From: Eledone cirrhosa
Taxonomy: Eukaryota
NCBI GenBank assembly: GCA_964016885.1
Contig: OZ024742.1
Location: 118,668,001 to 118,732,000 of the forward strand
DNA length: 64,000 nt
Reading direction: 5' to 3'
Shown: piece by piece, positions 25,771 to 39,158 of the stretch
How the letters are laid out: each line of letters opens with the position of its first letter
How positions within the stretch are numbered: the first letter of the stretch is position 1
The notes under the pieces: model-generated
Told to the model about the DNA's origin: nothing
Databases searched by the model: none
What the model saw: only the letters and a program-made list of their open reading frames with translations
Made by a program: the position numbers and the translations under genes

Positions 25771-28456
25771 GTATGTATACACATCCATACATACAAGAGA
25801 AAGAACAGTTCCAATTCTTCTCTTAGAGAATAAATTTTGATACATTTTTCAAAATTGAATTCTTTCTTATAAATTATACTACATACTTTTTGTTTCTCTC
25901 TTTCTCTGTCTATATATATATATACACATATATATAATGAGAGAGAGAATAAGTTTCCCTTCTCTCTTCTTAGAACTTTCAAAATTAAAGTCTTATTTCT
26001 TATAAAACTAGACTACATAGATTTTGTGTTAAAATCCTGCACTACTACTTGTTAACAGGAAGACAGCTGTAATAATTGTGAATGTATTTTCTCGGTGGTG
26101 GAAAGAAATGGACCTTTGCCAATAACTGTCACAATGTTGAAATAGAAATCTACTTTGCTCTTAGTTAAAATGAAATAGATATGTAGGTAAACCTACAGTT
26201 CCAGATGTTAGTGAAAAATTTAGAAGTTAAAGCTTCTCTATATGCTTGCTTAATTCGTGGAGTTGATAAAACAGCTGGTTAGTGAATTAGATAACAGATT
26301 GTTATTTTCTGTCAATTCTAAAAATTAGTTCAAATACACTATCTGAAGTCAAGACAACTTCCCTGAACATTATATTGGTGTCATTGATGGTTATTTTATT
26401 TATGGGAAAGACTCTTTACATCTTCTAGTAGATAATTATACTAATAATAGAAAGTTATATCTTCCCAGTGACTGATATTTGTGATGTTTTTTAATCTAAT
26501 TTCCTGTTAAGTTTCTAAGAACGAAAATCATCACAGGCATGTTATTATCATGTATGTAGTTTGTCTATATTCATTAAGAAATTTTGAATCTAAATGTTTC
26601 TAAGGAAGTATATTTTAAAATATTTACAATCCCAACATCATCAGTTTTACACCCACTTTTTGGGTTAGGTGAGACTTGTTTAAGGTAGTATTCTACAGCC
26701 AGATGTCAGTCCTTGTCGAACGGCAGCAGTGTGGGACATATTGTTCTTATGAGACAAGCTATGTCAATGCAATTAAAGGTGTGTAAACACACAGACACAC
26801 ATTCAATAAGATTCTCTAGAGTTTCTGATTATTGTTTTCACTCAGAAAGCATTGGTCAATTTGAAGTTATCGAAGAAAACACAAACCCACATGATTGCGA
26901 AGAGAACTTCTTAAGCACACATCTGCATTGAAATATAATTCACTAAGATTCATTAAAACAATTTACTAATGGAATTTTTACTAAAAAATGTATATAAAAT
27001 AAGATTTCAGAAGTATCAAAAATATTCTATTTATTTAATAAGTAATTTCTCTTTACGAGAAAATTAACTACAATTATTATATTTCATTAAATGCAATGGA
27101 AGTGGGTTTTTATTTTTAGCTATTTATTCATTCTTTTTTTAATTTGGCATATGTTCGTCTAAATGATTCCTTCTCGTTCAACAGAGATTTACATTCCTAC
27201 TCTCTTCATATCATGTAAACTTAATCACTCTCCCAGTTTGAAAACAACCATCTTGCCCTTGAGTGCTTTTAGTAGAATCCATCACTCTTTTACATATCAG
27301 TCAATCATTATTATCATTTTTGTCCATTTTTCATGCTGGCATGGGTTGGATGGATTGTCATGGCCTAAGACATACTAGTCAAAGAATTTTGTCTTGCTCA
27401 AACTTTCAATTTTGGGAATGGTCTCTATGGCTGAATGCCCTTCTTAATGTCAACCATTTTACAGAGCTCACACTGCATTTTATTGTGGCACCAGCACTAC
27501 TATTTTTCAAAGTGTACTGGGCACATTTTATCATGGCACCAGCACTAGAGAGGTTGTTGTATCCTCAACAGGGTTGTCTCCTTTCAAATGCCAACCGCTT
27601 TACAAACAGTATAGGTTGCATTATATTGTGGTGCCAACACTAATGAGTTTGCTTTGAATCTTACAAGACTTAGAGAGAGCTCACTACCCAACATTTTTAT
27701 ATAATTCAATACAGCGAGATCAAAAATGGGTGAATATGAGGCAAGATCGATGACAACCAAGCTGAGTAGACTAAGTTGGAGTGCAGAAATGTTAGAGGGC
27801 AAGGAGACAGTAGCAGCAATAGTATAGAAGCAGTAATGGGATCATCTGGTGGGTTTTAGCTCATAATTCATAATTTGTGAAATAACATAATATACCAGAG
27901 CATTGAAATTAATATCAATTGATATCTTTTATGGGGTGTTATGCAATTTTCCTAAGATGATGAGGGAGAAACCAAGTGTTTAAGCCTTATATTTAAAATG
28001 CAGTGGCTTGTTTTAAAAGAAAAAGATGTGATGTTAATAAGCTGATGAAATCCATTGCAGGTAGATCGAAGACAAGATTAGTGTGTTTTTTGTTCATTAA
28101 AAAGGACACAGCGTGCGAGCACTCTAGAATAGCAGTAAGTTTCCACAGAGCCCAAATTTGATTCACACTTGAACTATTCCACTTTATTCATTTATAGACT
28201 ATAGAAGATAGGTTTCACTAGATTAACTTTATCTCAACAAATTATATGAAGACATATTTTCAGAGGTAATCCTTTTACTAAAGGTAGCCATACATTTTCA
28301 CAATTCATAGACACTGAAAAGTAAGATTTATTCATTAATATTTTTCCTGCTTCACATCCCAATTGTTCTTACTAAAAAAAGCAAAAATAATGTTCAATTT
28401 TTCTCAACATGTTAACCTTTTTGATTCCCAAACTGCCTAAAATTGCCCCTAGTTCT

Positions 28457-28745
28457 ACATATTGTGACACCTTCTCTAGCGGTAACTTGATGCATTTGGT
28501 AAACTAGCCAAGGCTTTGCTGCCTGCCAGGCCAAGGAAGGCAAACTGTCAAAGTATCGACTGCTTTCTGATAGGTTTGTGGTTGAGCCTGTAGCAGTGGA
28601 GACTTCTGGCGTTCTTGGCTCCCAGACCACATCCCTGTTCACTGCTATCAGAGCAGAGTTGGCTGCCTGCAGATGTGAGTACCATGAAGTAGAGTGGCTG
28701 TTCCAGCACATCTCCCTCTCCATCCTGTCAGCTGGGACCATGAGG
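28457..28745 (+). mobile_element. CRE-like (RLE-type) non-LTR retrotransposon 3' ORF fragment, inside a reversed MITE family 2 copy
   Basis: DTFSSGNL...AA..A.EGKLSKYRLLSDRFVVEPVAVETSGVLG...[14 protein letters not shown] resembles the C-terminal restriction-like endonuclease region of CRE-clade elements. Confidence 0.65.
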
Positions 28746-31482
28746 CAGATAACAGGGTAGGAGTAGGCTGGCAGTCTTCAGACGAAAGGGTTAATAATGC
28801 TGACACACATATGCACTCACACAATAATATATGTAATTGGTTTTAAATAATTCTAAACTGTTTATTTCATAGTGTTTATATTTATCTAAATGCCTTCCCT
28901 AATGTTATGTAAAAACCTTTGTCAAGCGATGCTCCAAACACCTGTTTGATAATTAGAAAGTTAATTATATTCTTAAAATCCATCCAAATTCTTGATTATT
29001 TTCAAAGTGATTTGAAAATTATAGGCAGTGTTTTTTTTAGAAATATGGTAACAAAAGAGTTAAGTAAATTGAATTGTTAAATATGATAAAGATGTACATT
29101 ATTGAGTTGCTCTATTTTTAATGATTATATAAAGGCTAGTGTTTATTTTTATCCTTAAACCATTTGTTTATTTTCTCTTGCAAGAATAATCTTATCTGTG
29201 ATGTATCTTTCTTTGGCTTAGTTCCCAAACTTTTGGAAGTTTTATATCTTATATATCTGTATCTGTCTAAGACATATGCACACTACAGTTCACTGTCAGA
29301 CGTCCTTCGTAAGGCCACCTTTCCCTTTCAATCCCTTCCTCGGCAAGCAATATGTAACCCCACATTCTTGTAAGAGAACATACATAAAAAAATAATTCAG
29401 AAATAATAGCTTTAAATTTATTACACTATTTAAATAAAGATTTAGTCAATGTAAAATTGAACTGGTTTGTTTTGTTGATAGAATAACTATTCCGTTCTTT
29501 TTTATCCATTTTTTTAAAATTATTTTTATGGATATTTCACTTTATAGATATTTCACAAAAATAAATTGATTAATTTTGATTATAAGTAAATAGTTCTAGT
29601 AAAACATTGTAAATATTTGAAGTAGTGAAAGTAATATAGAGATGTATATCCGTGTGATGTTGACGGATGCAAGAATGAGTACTCAATACCAAAGTAGAGT
29701 TTAATAATATTCTTTATTATGGCTAAATGATGAGTCTTACTCTTAAGTTTCATGTGTTTACTCACAGGATCACCAGACAAAACAGAATATTCAGTGACAG
29801 AGAGACAATATAAATACAGAAAGACCCAGCAGAGGAGATATGGGGTTTTGGATGGGAGGGGTATGATGATTCTGTGAGCACCTGTCTGGTCTTGGAGCTA
29901 GGGCAGCTTGTCCAACACATGCCAGCATGGTAGGCGAACATAAAATGATAATGATATCATTGTCACCATGATTTAAGATCCATTTTCCATGCTAGCAAGG
30001 GTTGGATGGGGCTTCACAGACTTGAGTCAGTTCTCAAGTGGGGTTTCTGACCTCACAGATGGACTAGGGGCCTGCATCTCGCTTACATACAGTCAGACAT
30101 TATACAGTGTGCATTTTGTCATGATACCAGCACTAGGGAGGTTATTTGTTTGGCAAGTTTTTTACAGCTGGAGGCCTTCCCTATCATCAGTCATTTTACA
30201 GTAGACTGGATGCATTTATTGTGTAGATTACCAACACTAGAGTGGTTGTCATGCTGTTGACGAAACTGAAGGGTCCTCCTGACCTGTTTTGGCATGGTTT
30301 CTAAAACAGGGCGTACTGGGTACATTTTTGTGGCACCAGGACTAAAAAGGTCATTATCTCAACTGAAGAGCCCTCTGTTCTTCAGGGAGGAAGGGAGAAG
30401 GAAGAGAAATATGATGTTATAGGTGTATGTGGTAGGATTTGGTAGGGTGATAAGTAGGAGGGGTGTACTGTTCAGTAGTGTAGACATGGTGTCAGAATTT
30501 TAGAGTTGATGGTGAGAATAGCTAAGTAATGGTGGAGGAAGCATGGGGGTACTGGAATGGGAGAGTAACATCTAAAGTGTAATAATGAGGATAGCTATCT
30601 ATAAACAATATATACATATTGAAATTCATAAACAATGTGATAATTAAACAACTGAAGTTTAATATAAATTATTACAAACAACACAACGTACAACACAACA
30701 TAAAATGTTTCAATAATATTGCAAAATAAAAATAAAAAATAAAAATTGTTTCTCCTGCTAGTCACTACCGAAAGCTCTCACCGTTACATCATCAGCAAGT
30801 TCAGCCTCCATGGAATAATAATCATCCAATCCATCTTTCCTCTTGCTCACACTTCACACCTCTCAGTGAATTCTTCAAATAGTTTTTCATACTTAGTTTC
30901 ATTTAGTACATTTGAAATACCACACTTTTTTAAATACTTTACAAACATACAGTTAGGTATGTTTTCCCAAGTGTCATTCACCCGTTTAAACCTTTCATTA
31001 CTATGTTTTTAATGAAAGACATTGCCTATGATTTTCAAATAATTTTGAAAAAAAAAAAAGAATTTGGCAAGATTTAGTAACATAACTAACTTGCTATTAA
31101 GCTGGTAATTGGAACTTAACAAAGGTTCTTACATAGAATTTTGATGGAAGGTTTTTAGATATATATAAACCTAACCCATTCTGTAAAATTGTAGTGCTGG
31201 TGCCACAATAAAAAGCAACCAGTCTGCACTGTAAACCAGTAATGCTGATATCACAACAAAATCACCTAGTCCACCTTGTAAGGTGGTAGTGCCGGAGTCA
31301 TGATAAAATGCTCCATGTACTCCCTGTAAAAGGGTTGGCATTAGGAAGGACATCCAGCCATAGAGACCAAGCCAAAATCGGAGTGTACAAGCAGGACATG
31401 ATCACCTGACCAATCAAACCTCATTACATGACAATCCATTTAACCCATGTATACATGGAAAATAGCCATTAAACAGTGATGA

Positions 31483-32708
31483 TAATAAATAATAATAATA
31501 ATTAAAAAAATAATTAAAAAATGAAATAATAATGAAAATATTGTGTACAAAAGTGTATGTATAGTACATAGGGTAATGTACAAACGTCAGGAAAATGAAC
31601 AGTGCATGAGTCATGATATACACATGTGTGCATGTGTATGTAAGGGGTACATCAGGTGTAGTTTTGGCAAATTTCGGGAAGCATGAGGGTTTTAAAGGAT
31701 GCAGTGTCTCGGCAGCTAACAACTGACGCAGGCAGTTTGTTCCATGCTTCAGCAACTCTAAGCGTGAAAAAATGTTTCCGAAAGTCATGGAAGCTGTGCT
31801 GTTTTCTGATTTTGTAGGCATGCCCACGTGTGTTAGACACATAGAGATCAAAAAGGTGCTCAGGATTGTTGTTGGCGAGATGGTTAATAACTTTGTGGGT
31901 GTTTACCAAGTCCATTGCCAGATGTCGGAGCTTCAATGAATCCATACCCAGGGAAGCAAGGCGTTCAGAGTATGGTAGGTGTCTGATGGAGGGTATGCAC
32001 TTGGTTGCACGTCTCTGAACAGTTTCCAGGAGGTCAATGTTCTGAGCAAGATAGGGGTTCCAGGCTGATGATGCGAATTCCAAGTGTGGTCGTACCATAG
32101 CTGTATACAGCTTTAAAAAGATGGCTGGAGAGCAGCTAACAAAGGTCTTGCTGAGTGATGCCAAGACACCCTCGGCCTTCTTGGCAATCTTAGAGACGTG
32201 CTTTGTCCAACGCAAATCGCTGTTGACAGTAATGCCCAGGTCATGTTAACAAGAGGACTTCTTGATATCAGTGTTGTGGAGGGAGTATGTAGACGCGGGA
32301 TTTTTCCTCCCAAAATGCATGGTGGTACGCAGCCAGCTTCAGTTGCCAGTCTGTGATCCATTGCTGCATTGTGTCCAGGTCTGATTGTAGGAAAGAGTTG
32401 TAGATTTCAGGATCAGTCCTTTTGATTTCAAGGTACAGCTTGATGTCATCTGCATATTTCAGTACCGTGGCATTCTTTAAGTTGGCATCTATGTCATTAA
32501 TATATGCCACAAACAAAAGGGGACCAAGAACAGATCCATGTGGTACACCAGATGACATCTCATATAGTGAAGAATGCTGTCCTAGAACCGTGACTACCTC
32601 TTTTCGGTTGAGAATGAAGGATTTCAACCAGTTAAAAAGATCATCCCTCACACCCATTGCAGAGAGTTTCACCATAAGTCTTTTGTATGGCACAGAATTA
32701 AAAGCCTT
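31483..32708 (-). mobile_element. CR1-clade LINE, 5'-truncated RT plus 3' UTR
   Basis: KAFNSVPY, SGVPHGSVLGPLLF, YADDIKLY, RPHLEFASSAWNPY, LETVQRRATK, TRGH, FFTLRVAEAWNKLP; (TTA)-rich tail. Confidence 0.88.
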
Positions 32709-33074
32709 ATAAAGATAAGTCCTTTAAAATAAAGTTTTGTATCATAGAATCAGGTGGTGGGAGTATCAGAAAGGTAAACCTGAGGCAACCCACACTCTTT
32801 GTCACTTCCTTATTTTGAAGCCATCCATTCATTCTACAACTTTCTGATACTCATTTAAAAAAGTTTATTGAATGTAACATCCAATAGTAGCAGAATTGAT
32901 GTACGTCTTCCAAGTATAATAATTTTCACCATTTTGTTTTGTTTTAATTTTTGTTAAATCGATTCACACAAATGTGCACATAATTGACCTTACACTAGTA
33001 AAGTTATTGATTGAAGTAGAGCACTGTCAGCTAAACACCACATGCAGTGTTCAATGGTTGCTTTTAACGTTTAC

Positions 33075-33490
33075 AGTCATCTTCATCACCATTTTATGTC
33101 TGATTCTGCATCCTTATATATAGCTTGGATGGGTCCTCCAGCAAAGCCTGCCTCTTCTCTAAGCTTCAGTGTTTTGAGATCAGCTGTAACCACCTTTGAT
33201 CAAGTTTATCTCGGCCTTCTCTGCTACAGCTTCCTTACACTGGCATCGCTGACACCTCACAACCATCATCCATACACATCACATGTTCATATTAATGTAG
33301 CCTTCTCTCTTGCATACAACATCTGATTCCTCTTATACCCAGTTTTTCTCTCAGTTCACCCATATCTTGTTGGTTATGTACATTAACATCATACATCCAA
33401 TGAAACATGCTTGCTTCGTTTCTCTCCAGCCTCCACATATTCTCTGCATTTACTGCCCATATTTTCACTGCCATGCAACATTGCATTTCT
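33075..33490 (-). mobile_element. Old RTE 3' fragment
   Basis: WAVNAENMWRLERNEASMFHWM...[20 protein letters not shown]. Confidence 0.7.
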
Positions 33491-33581
33491 TACATATTAT
33501 GTAGCATGTATTTTGTATTGAGGATTTGTTTGTTCATGAGACATCTCACATGCTGGTTTTTACATTTTTACAAGAGTGTAT

Positions 33582-35417
33582 ATCATCACCATCATCATCA
33601 TCATCACCGTTTTACGTCCCTTCTTCCATGCTAGCATGGGTTAAACGGGTTGTCTTGTTGTGGGCAGTGTCTGGTCAGCTGACCATGCCATGCTCATACA
33701 GGAACTGATTTTGGCTTGATTTCTACAGCTGGATGCCCTTCCTAACACCAACCTCATTTACAGTGAGTGCTGGGTGCTTTTTCCGTGGCGCCTACATGTC
33801 CACTTTACAGTGTGGGCTGGGTGCTTTTTTGCCGTGGTACCTCCACGACCACTTTGCAGTGGGAGGGTGTGGGGGCATATTGTCTATATGCTTCAGCTAG
33901 TACCCATGGGAGGTTGGGTACTCTGTATTACTGCGTGACGCCAGAGGTCACGGTTGTGTGTCATCGCCTTTGAGAGGTGTAATTAGGTAAGGTCGGTTTT
34001 TATCACCTCATCCTAGGTCTTCTTGGGTCTCCCCGCCCCGCGGTTTCCATCGACTTCTAGTGCTCTGCACCTTTTTATGCAACTGTCATCCTTCATACGC
34101 AACCGCCTCTCCTGCACACAGCATTTGATTCCTCTTATGCTCAGTCTCTCTCTCAATTCATTTATGCTTTGCCGTTTGCGTATATTACTATTACACATCC
34201 ATCGGAGCATGCAGGCTTCGTTTCTTTCTAATCTACGTAAGTCTTCCACCTTCAGCGCCCAGGTCTCACTACCATGTAACATTGCTGTTCGGATACACGC
34301 ATCATACAGTCTGCCTTTCATTTTGAGGGAGAAGCCTTTTGCAGCTAGCAGTGGCAGTAGTTCCTTGAACTTCTTCCATCCCGTTTTTACTCTAGTTATT
34401 ATACTTTCTGAACACCCACCTCCGCTGCTAATTCGGTCACCTAGGTAGCAGAAGCTGTCTACTGTTTCTACAGGGCCCTCCCAGAGATTGGTGGTACTTG
34501 TTTCCTGTGGCTGTTTGCTGTTTGCTGTCCCAGCACAGCTGCTACATGTGAAGCCTACATTCTTAATTAAGCTTCCTGAGATCCCGCTACATCTCTTGTG
34601 TACCCATTGTTTGCATTTGTGGCAGAGAATGGAGTTCCTACCTACACCTTTCCTACATACTGAGCAAGGTCATTTCCCTGAGGGGATCTGGGTTCTGTTT
34701 TCTCGTCTACTTACAAGGACCTTAGTCTTTGTCATGTTGACTTTGAGACACTTTCTTTCTAGTCCCTGCTTCCAAGTTTGGAATTTTTTCTCTAGTTCTA
34801 CCATTGATTCAGCTATAAGTGCGAGGTCATCAGCATACAGGAGTTTCCATGGGCATCCGGTCTTAAACTCCTCCGTTATTGCCTGCAGGACTATGATGAA
34901 CAGGAGAGGGCTAAGAGCAGAGCCCTGGTGGACACCAACCTGTACACTAAATTCCCCGCTATACTCATTGCTAATCCTAACTTTGCTGACTGCTCCCCTA
35001 TACATGGCTTGTACAGCTTTCACAAGCCATTCATCTACTCCTAGTTTTCTAAGAGCCCACCAGATTACAGCACGTGGAACTCTCTCTGTCAAAGGCTTTC
35101 TCGAGATCGACGAATGCCAGGTAGAGTGGCTTACTTTTAGCTAGGTACTTTTCCTGTAACTGCCTCACAAGGAAGAGGGCATCAGTGGTACCTCTTCCTG
35201 GTACAAACCCAAATTGCATCTCATCTAGTTTCACTCGGTCCCTAATCAACTGTGCTATAACTCTTTCTGTTACTTTCATGACCTGGTCCATCAGCTTTAT
35301 ACCTCTATAGTTTCCTCTATCTAGTGCATCACCTTTACCTTTGTTGCAGTTGACAATGATGCTACTACACCAATCTTTTGATATGACACCTTCTAGTATT
35401 ACCTGGTTAACAATACG
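33582..35417 (-). mobile_element. RTE LINE subfamily B, 5'-truncated and frameshifted
   Basis: RT motifs in ORFs 35049-35291, 34670-35092 and 34013-34321; near-identical to 17620-19120 and 40693-42450; (CAT)n tail. Confidence 0.92.
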
Positions 35418-35739
35418 ATATGCTATATCAAATACGATATGCTATATCAAATACACTTTCTGGTGTAAAACATGTTTGGAAGCTCATCAATAGGAAAAAA
35501 ATTACACATTAACAATATACAGACAATACATTGCACTTGTCTGTTCTACTTTAGTATGCTGCAATAATAATGAATGGTAACAAACAGTATTTAATTGGTT
35601 TCCTGCTTTGTCAATGAGGATTTTAAAGAGTAAATTATGGGATTCAGGAATTATATTTTGATTATTAATTAGTAAATGGATGATTAATTTGTGTCATTAT
35701 AGTATGAAGTTAATGAAAATAATATCTTATGAAGGGGGT

Positions 35740-36385
35740 TGTATTGGTGTCACAACACGAAGCACACAGTCAACCCTGTAAAGTAGTTGGTGGCATGACA
35801 GAAGGCACCCAGTCTGCCCTGTGGAGTGGTTGAGTTGGGCTGGTTACACAATGGAGCACTCAGTCTACGCTGTTAGATGGTTGTGTTGGTAACACAAGTA
35901 CTCAGTCCACCCTGTAGAATGGTTGTAGTAGAGACACGACAGTAAACACCCAGTCCACCCTATAAAGTGGTTGTGATAGTGACATGACAAAAAGCACCCA
36001 ACCCAACATTGGTAACATGACAAAAGTGCCCAGCCCAACCTTGGTGATGTGATAAAATGCACCCAATCCACACTGTAAAGTGGTTGTTTTGGTGACACGA
36101 CAAAAAGCTCCCAGTCCACACTGCAATGTGGTTGTGTAGTTGCCATGACTCAAAGCACGTAGTCCACTCTGTAAAGTGGTTGTGTTGGTGCCACAATAAA
36201 AAAATCATCCTGTCCATACTGTAAATGTTGTTGGCATCAGGTAGGGCATCCAGCTCTAGAAACCAAGCTAGAAACAGTTCTGAATAAGCAAGACATGGTC
36301 ATCTGATCTGACTTGTCTCACAATGGGACAATTCATCTAACCCATGCTAACATGGAAAAATGGATGTTAAAAATGATAATGATGA
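35740..36385 (+). repeat. SINE-like element with ~11 degenerate tandem 30-50-bp units, then GGGCATCCAGC box and RTE-type tail
   Basis: Recurring GCACCCAGTCCACACTGTAAAGTGGTTGTG units; tail CTAACCCATGCTAACATGGAAAAATGGATGTTAAAAATGATAATGATG. Confidence 0.7.
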
Positions 36386-36976
36386 AAAAGGCAATGATAA
36401 ATGATATATAAAATACTATGATACAATGATTTAACAGAAATATATTCTTTTAATATTTTAGTGTTTATATTTACTCACCACTTATAGATATCCATAGACA
36501 TATTTTGGCTATGTGAAGAGAACTATTTAAAACTCTCTCAACTAACATCACACACAGTGTTGAATGGCTGAATTTGGCTTCTACAGTCATCATCGTCATC
36601 ACTTAACTGTTTTCCCTGCTAACAAGGGTTGGATGGACTGTTACAAACAAAGTCAGTACTTTGTTAGAGTTAGTGACCTCCCAGATTGACTGGAGGCCCA
36701 TGTCTTGCTTACAAATGTTCCCCACTCTTACAGAGTGCATTTTATTATGGCACCAAAACTAGGTAGGTTGTCATATCACAATTGAAGAGTCCTCTTGATG
36801 TTTTGTTTGGTAAGTTTCAAGTGCATTTTATTGACACCAGTACTAGAGAAGTTGTGGTGCCCTTGACACAACTGAAAAGCCCTCTCTATACTATGGGGTG
36901 GGGTAGGTTTTTTTAGGTGCAATTGATAAATCACATGATAGATTTTGTGTTATATTTTCATGGAAAAAGGTGTGAC

Positions 36977-37182
36977 TTAACCCTTTACATTACTCTACTA
37001 TTGTATTTTTGTAAAGGCTTTATCTCACATAATATCGTATTTACGAGATTTTCATGATGACATTATTTATTTTGAGAACAATACCTTAATGTTGGTATAA
37101 GAAGCCGGTTATGGCCAGTTTGAACAGAAAGAGGTGAGAGAATTCTGGCTGGATACAGTCAGTTTAAATGCTAAAGGGTTAA
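36977..37182. mobile_element. piggyBac-type MITE family 1
   Basis: TTAACCCTTTA...TAAATGCTAAAGGGTTAA. Confidence 0.8.
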
Positions 37183-37696
37183 ACATGAATATATGCAGTT
37201 ATTAATTAACTTACTATCTAATATTTGATTGCTCCATGTTGAGAACATACAGCATATAGAAACAAACTGGTTCATGAATATAGAAAGAGTAGGAAATAAT
37301 AAAAATTAAATGTCTAAACAACGTAAAATTATGAGTTATTAACAAATGAAATAACTTTAAGAGAAAAAAAAAAGAAAGAAAAAGCAAAATAACAAGTTAA
37401 TTTTCAAAAGCTTTTCTCTCTTACATGAAAAAAAATAGATGAATAACCTAACTGCTTTTATAGAGAAATATAAATGTGTCAATGACTACAGTGGCAGGTC
37501 TTTGTTCACATAATAGCACCCATATAGCCTTGTCTTCCCAGTTTGTCCAGAAACAATATGAGAAAACCAAGTGTATGTAACTCATTTACCTATCTGGAAC
37601 ATACATTCACACACTCACACACAAAGTATGACTGAAACTACTTAAAAGAAAAAGCTAATGATGAAAATCTTCCATTTCCATAACATTCTTTTATAG

Positions 37697-37860
37697 ATGC
37701 AGGCATGGCAGTGTGTTTAAGTAGTTCACTTCACAATCACATAGTTTTAGGTTCAGTTGCACTGTATGGCATTTTGGGCAGGTGTCTTCTACTGTAGCCT
37801 TGGATTGACCAATGCTTTGTGAGTGAAATTTGGTAGATAGAAACTGTGCCAAAGTGTCAT
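37697..37860 (+). mobile_element. tRNA-headed SINE (third family) followed by TG-rich low-complexity sequence
   Basis: GGCATGGCAGTGTGTTTAAG...GGTTCAGTT...TTGGGCAGGTGTCTTCTACT...TTTGGTAGATAGAAACTGTG; relatives near 9440-9590 (-), 13860-13980, 15550-15660 and 26790-26930 (-). Confidence 0.6.
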
Positions 37861-38830
37861 GTGTTTGTGTGTGTCTTTGTCATTTGACAATGTCTGCGTG
37901 TTCATGCCTATGTGACCATGTCTGTATGAGTGTGTTCATGCCATGTAACCATACCTGTTTATATGTTTGTGTCCAAGTGTGTGTGTTCATGTCACTTGAC
38001 TATGTCTGTGCCCATGCCATCTGACCATAACTGTTAGTATGTTTGTGTCGATGTCATTTGTCCATGTTATGTGACCATACCTGTTTGTATATTTGTGTCC
38101 ATATCTGTGTGTGTGTGTGTGTGTCTATGTCTGTGTCCATGTCATGTCCTTATCTGTGTCTATGTTTACTGTGTGCTTATATCTCGTAAGTTAGCAGTTC
38201 AACGTATAAAGGTTTATAAAACATGTACTATATTTTTAAAAAGCCACACTACTGGTATCTAATGACTGAAACCAGTAAAAGAATATCTGTATGTATTCTC
38301 TTGAAAGTTTTTTTTTTCACCAAACATGTTTATGCTTGTAACCTAAAGTGTATATATATATCTATTATAGTTCTCTAGTACTCTGCAGCAAGTTGACAGA
38401 TCTAGTAGGCACTTAGATTAAATTCTTTAGTACAAGTACTATCTCTGTATAAGCTCTTATTTCAAATTCCACAAAAATCAGTTTTGCCTTTTGTCCTATT
38501 GAAGCCAATAAAATAAGTATCATCGTCATCACTATTTTATGTCTATTTTCCAAGTTTGCATGGGTTGGATAGATTGTTACATTCTGAGGTTAGATAGGTC
38601 AGATTACCATATATCACTCATAAATACTATTCTGGTATGGTCTCTATGACTGGGTGTGTTTTATTGTGGCACCACCACTGACAGAATATGTATATTACAT
38701 TTATTTAATTATAAGTTCATCATTTTTCTTAAATTTCAGAAGACATTTTGGATTATTATAATAAATATATAATTTTTTTAAATGTTTATATTGTATATTG
38801 AATAATATAGGGAATGTTTATGAAAAACAT

Positions 38831-38968
38831 TTGAAGGCCTTTCACTATGAATTTTTAAGATTGTGACCATCGTCACACACCTAGCCTCAGCAAAACCTAC
38901 TCCCTGTTTTTGCTGAGGGTGTGTGACGATGGTCACAATCTTAAAAATTCAAAGTGAAAGGCATTCAA
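38831..38968. repeat. Near-perfect 138-nt inverted repeat (hairpin)
   Basis: 50-bp outer arms with 2 mismatches, plus an 11-bp inner stem CCTCAGCAAAA/TTTTGCTGAGG. Confidence 0.92.
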
Positions 38969-39056
38969 TTATTATTCAATATACAATACATTTATATGGA
39001 TATTGCTATGTTGGATAACCAATACAAGTTTATAACTTTTTTATTTTATTTTCCAG

Positions 39057-39158
39057 GACAATGTTTTAAATGTAATGAGAAGGTGACTGGTAGCAATGAG
39101 GCATGTCAGGCAATGGGGAACCTATATCATACTAAATGCTTTGTATGTTGTTCCTGTG
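39057..39158 (+). CDS. WTIP: LIM gene exon (LIM1 N-terminal part), phase 1-1
   Basis: tttattttccAG|GACAATGT...TCCTGTG|GTAAGT; encodes [34 protein letters not shown]. Confidence 0.93.
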
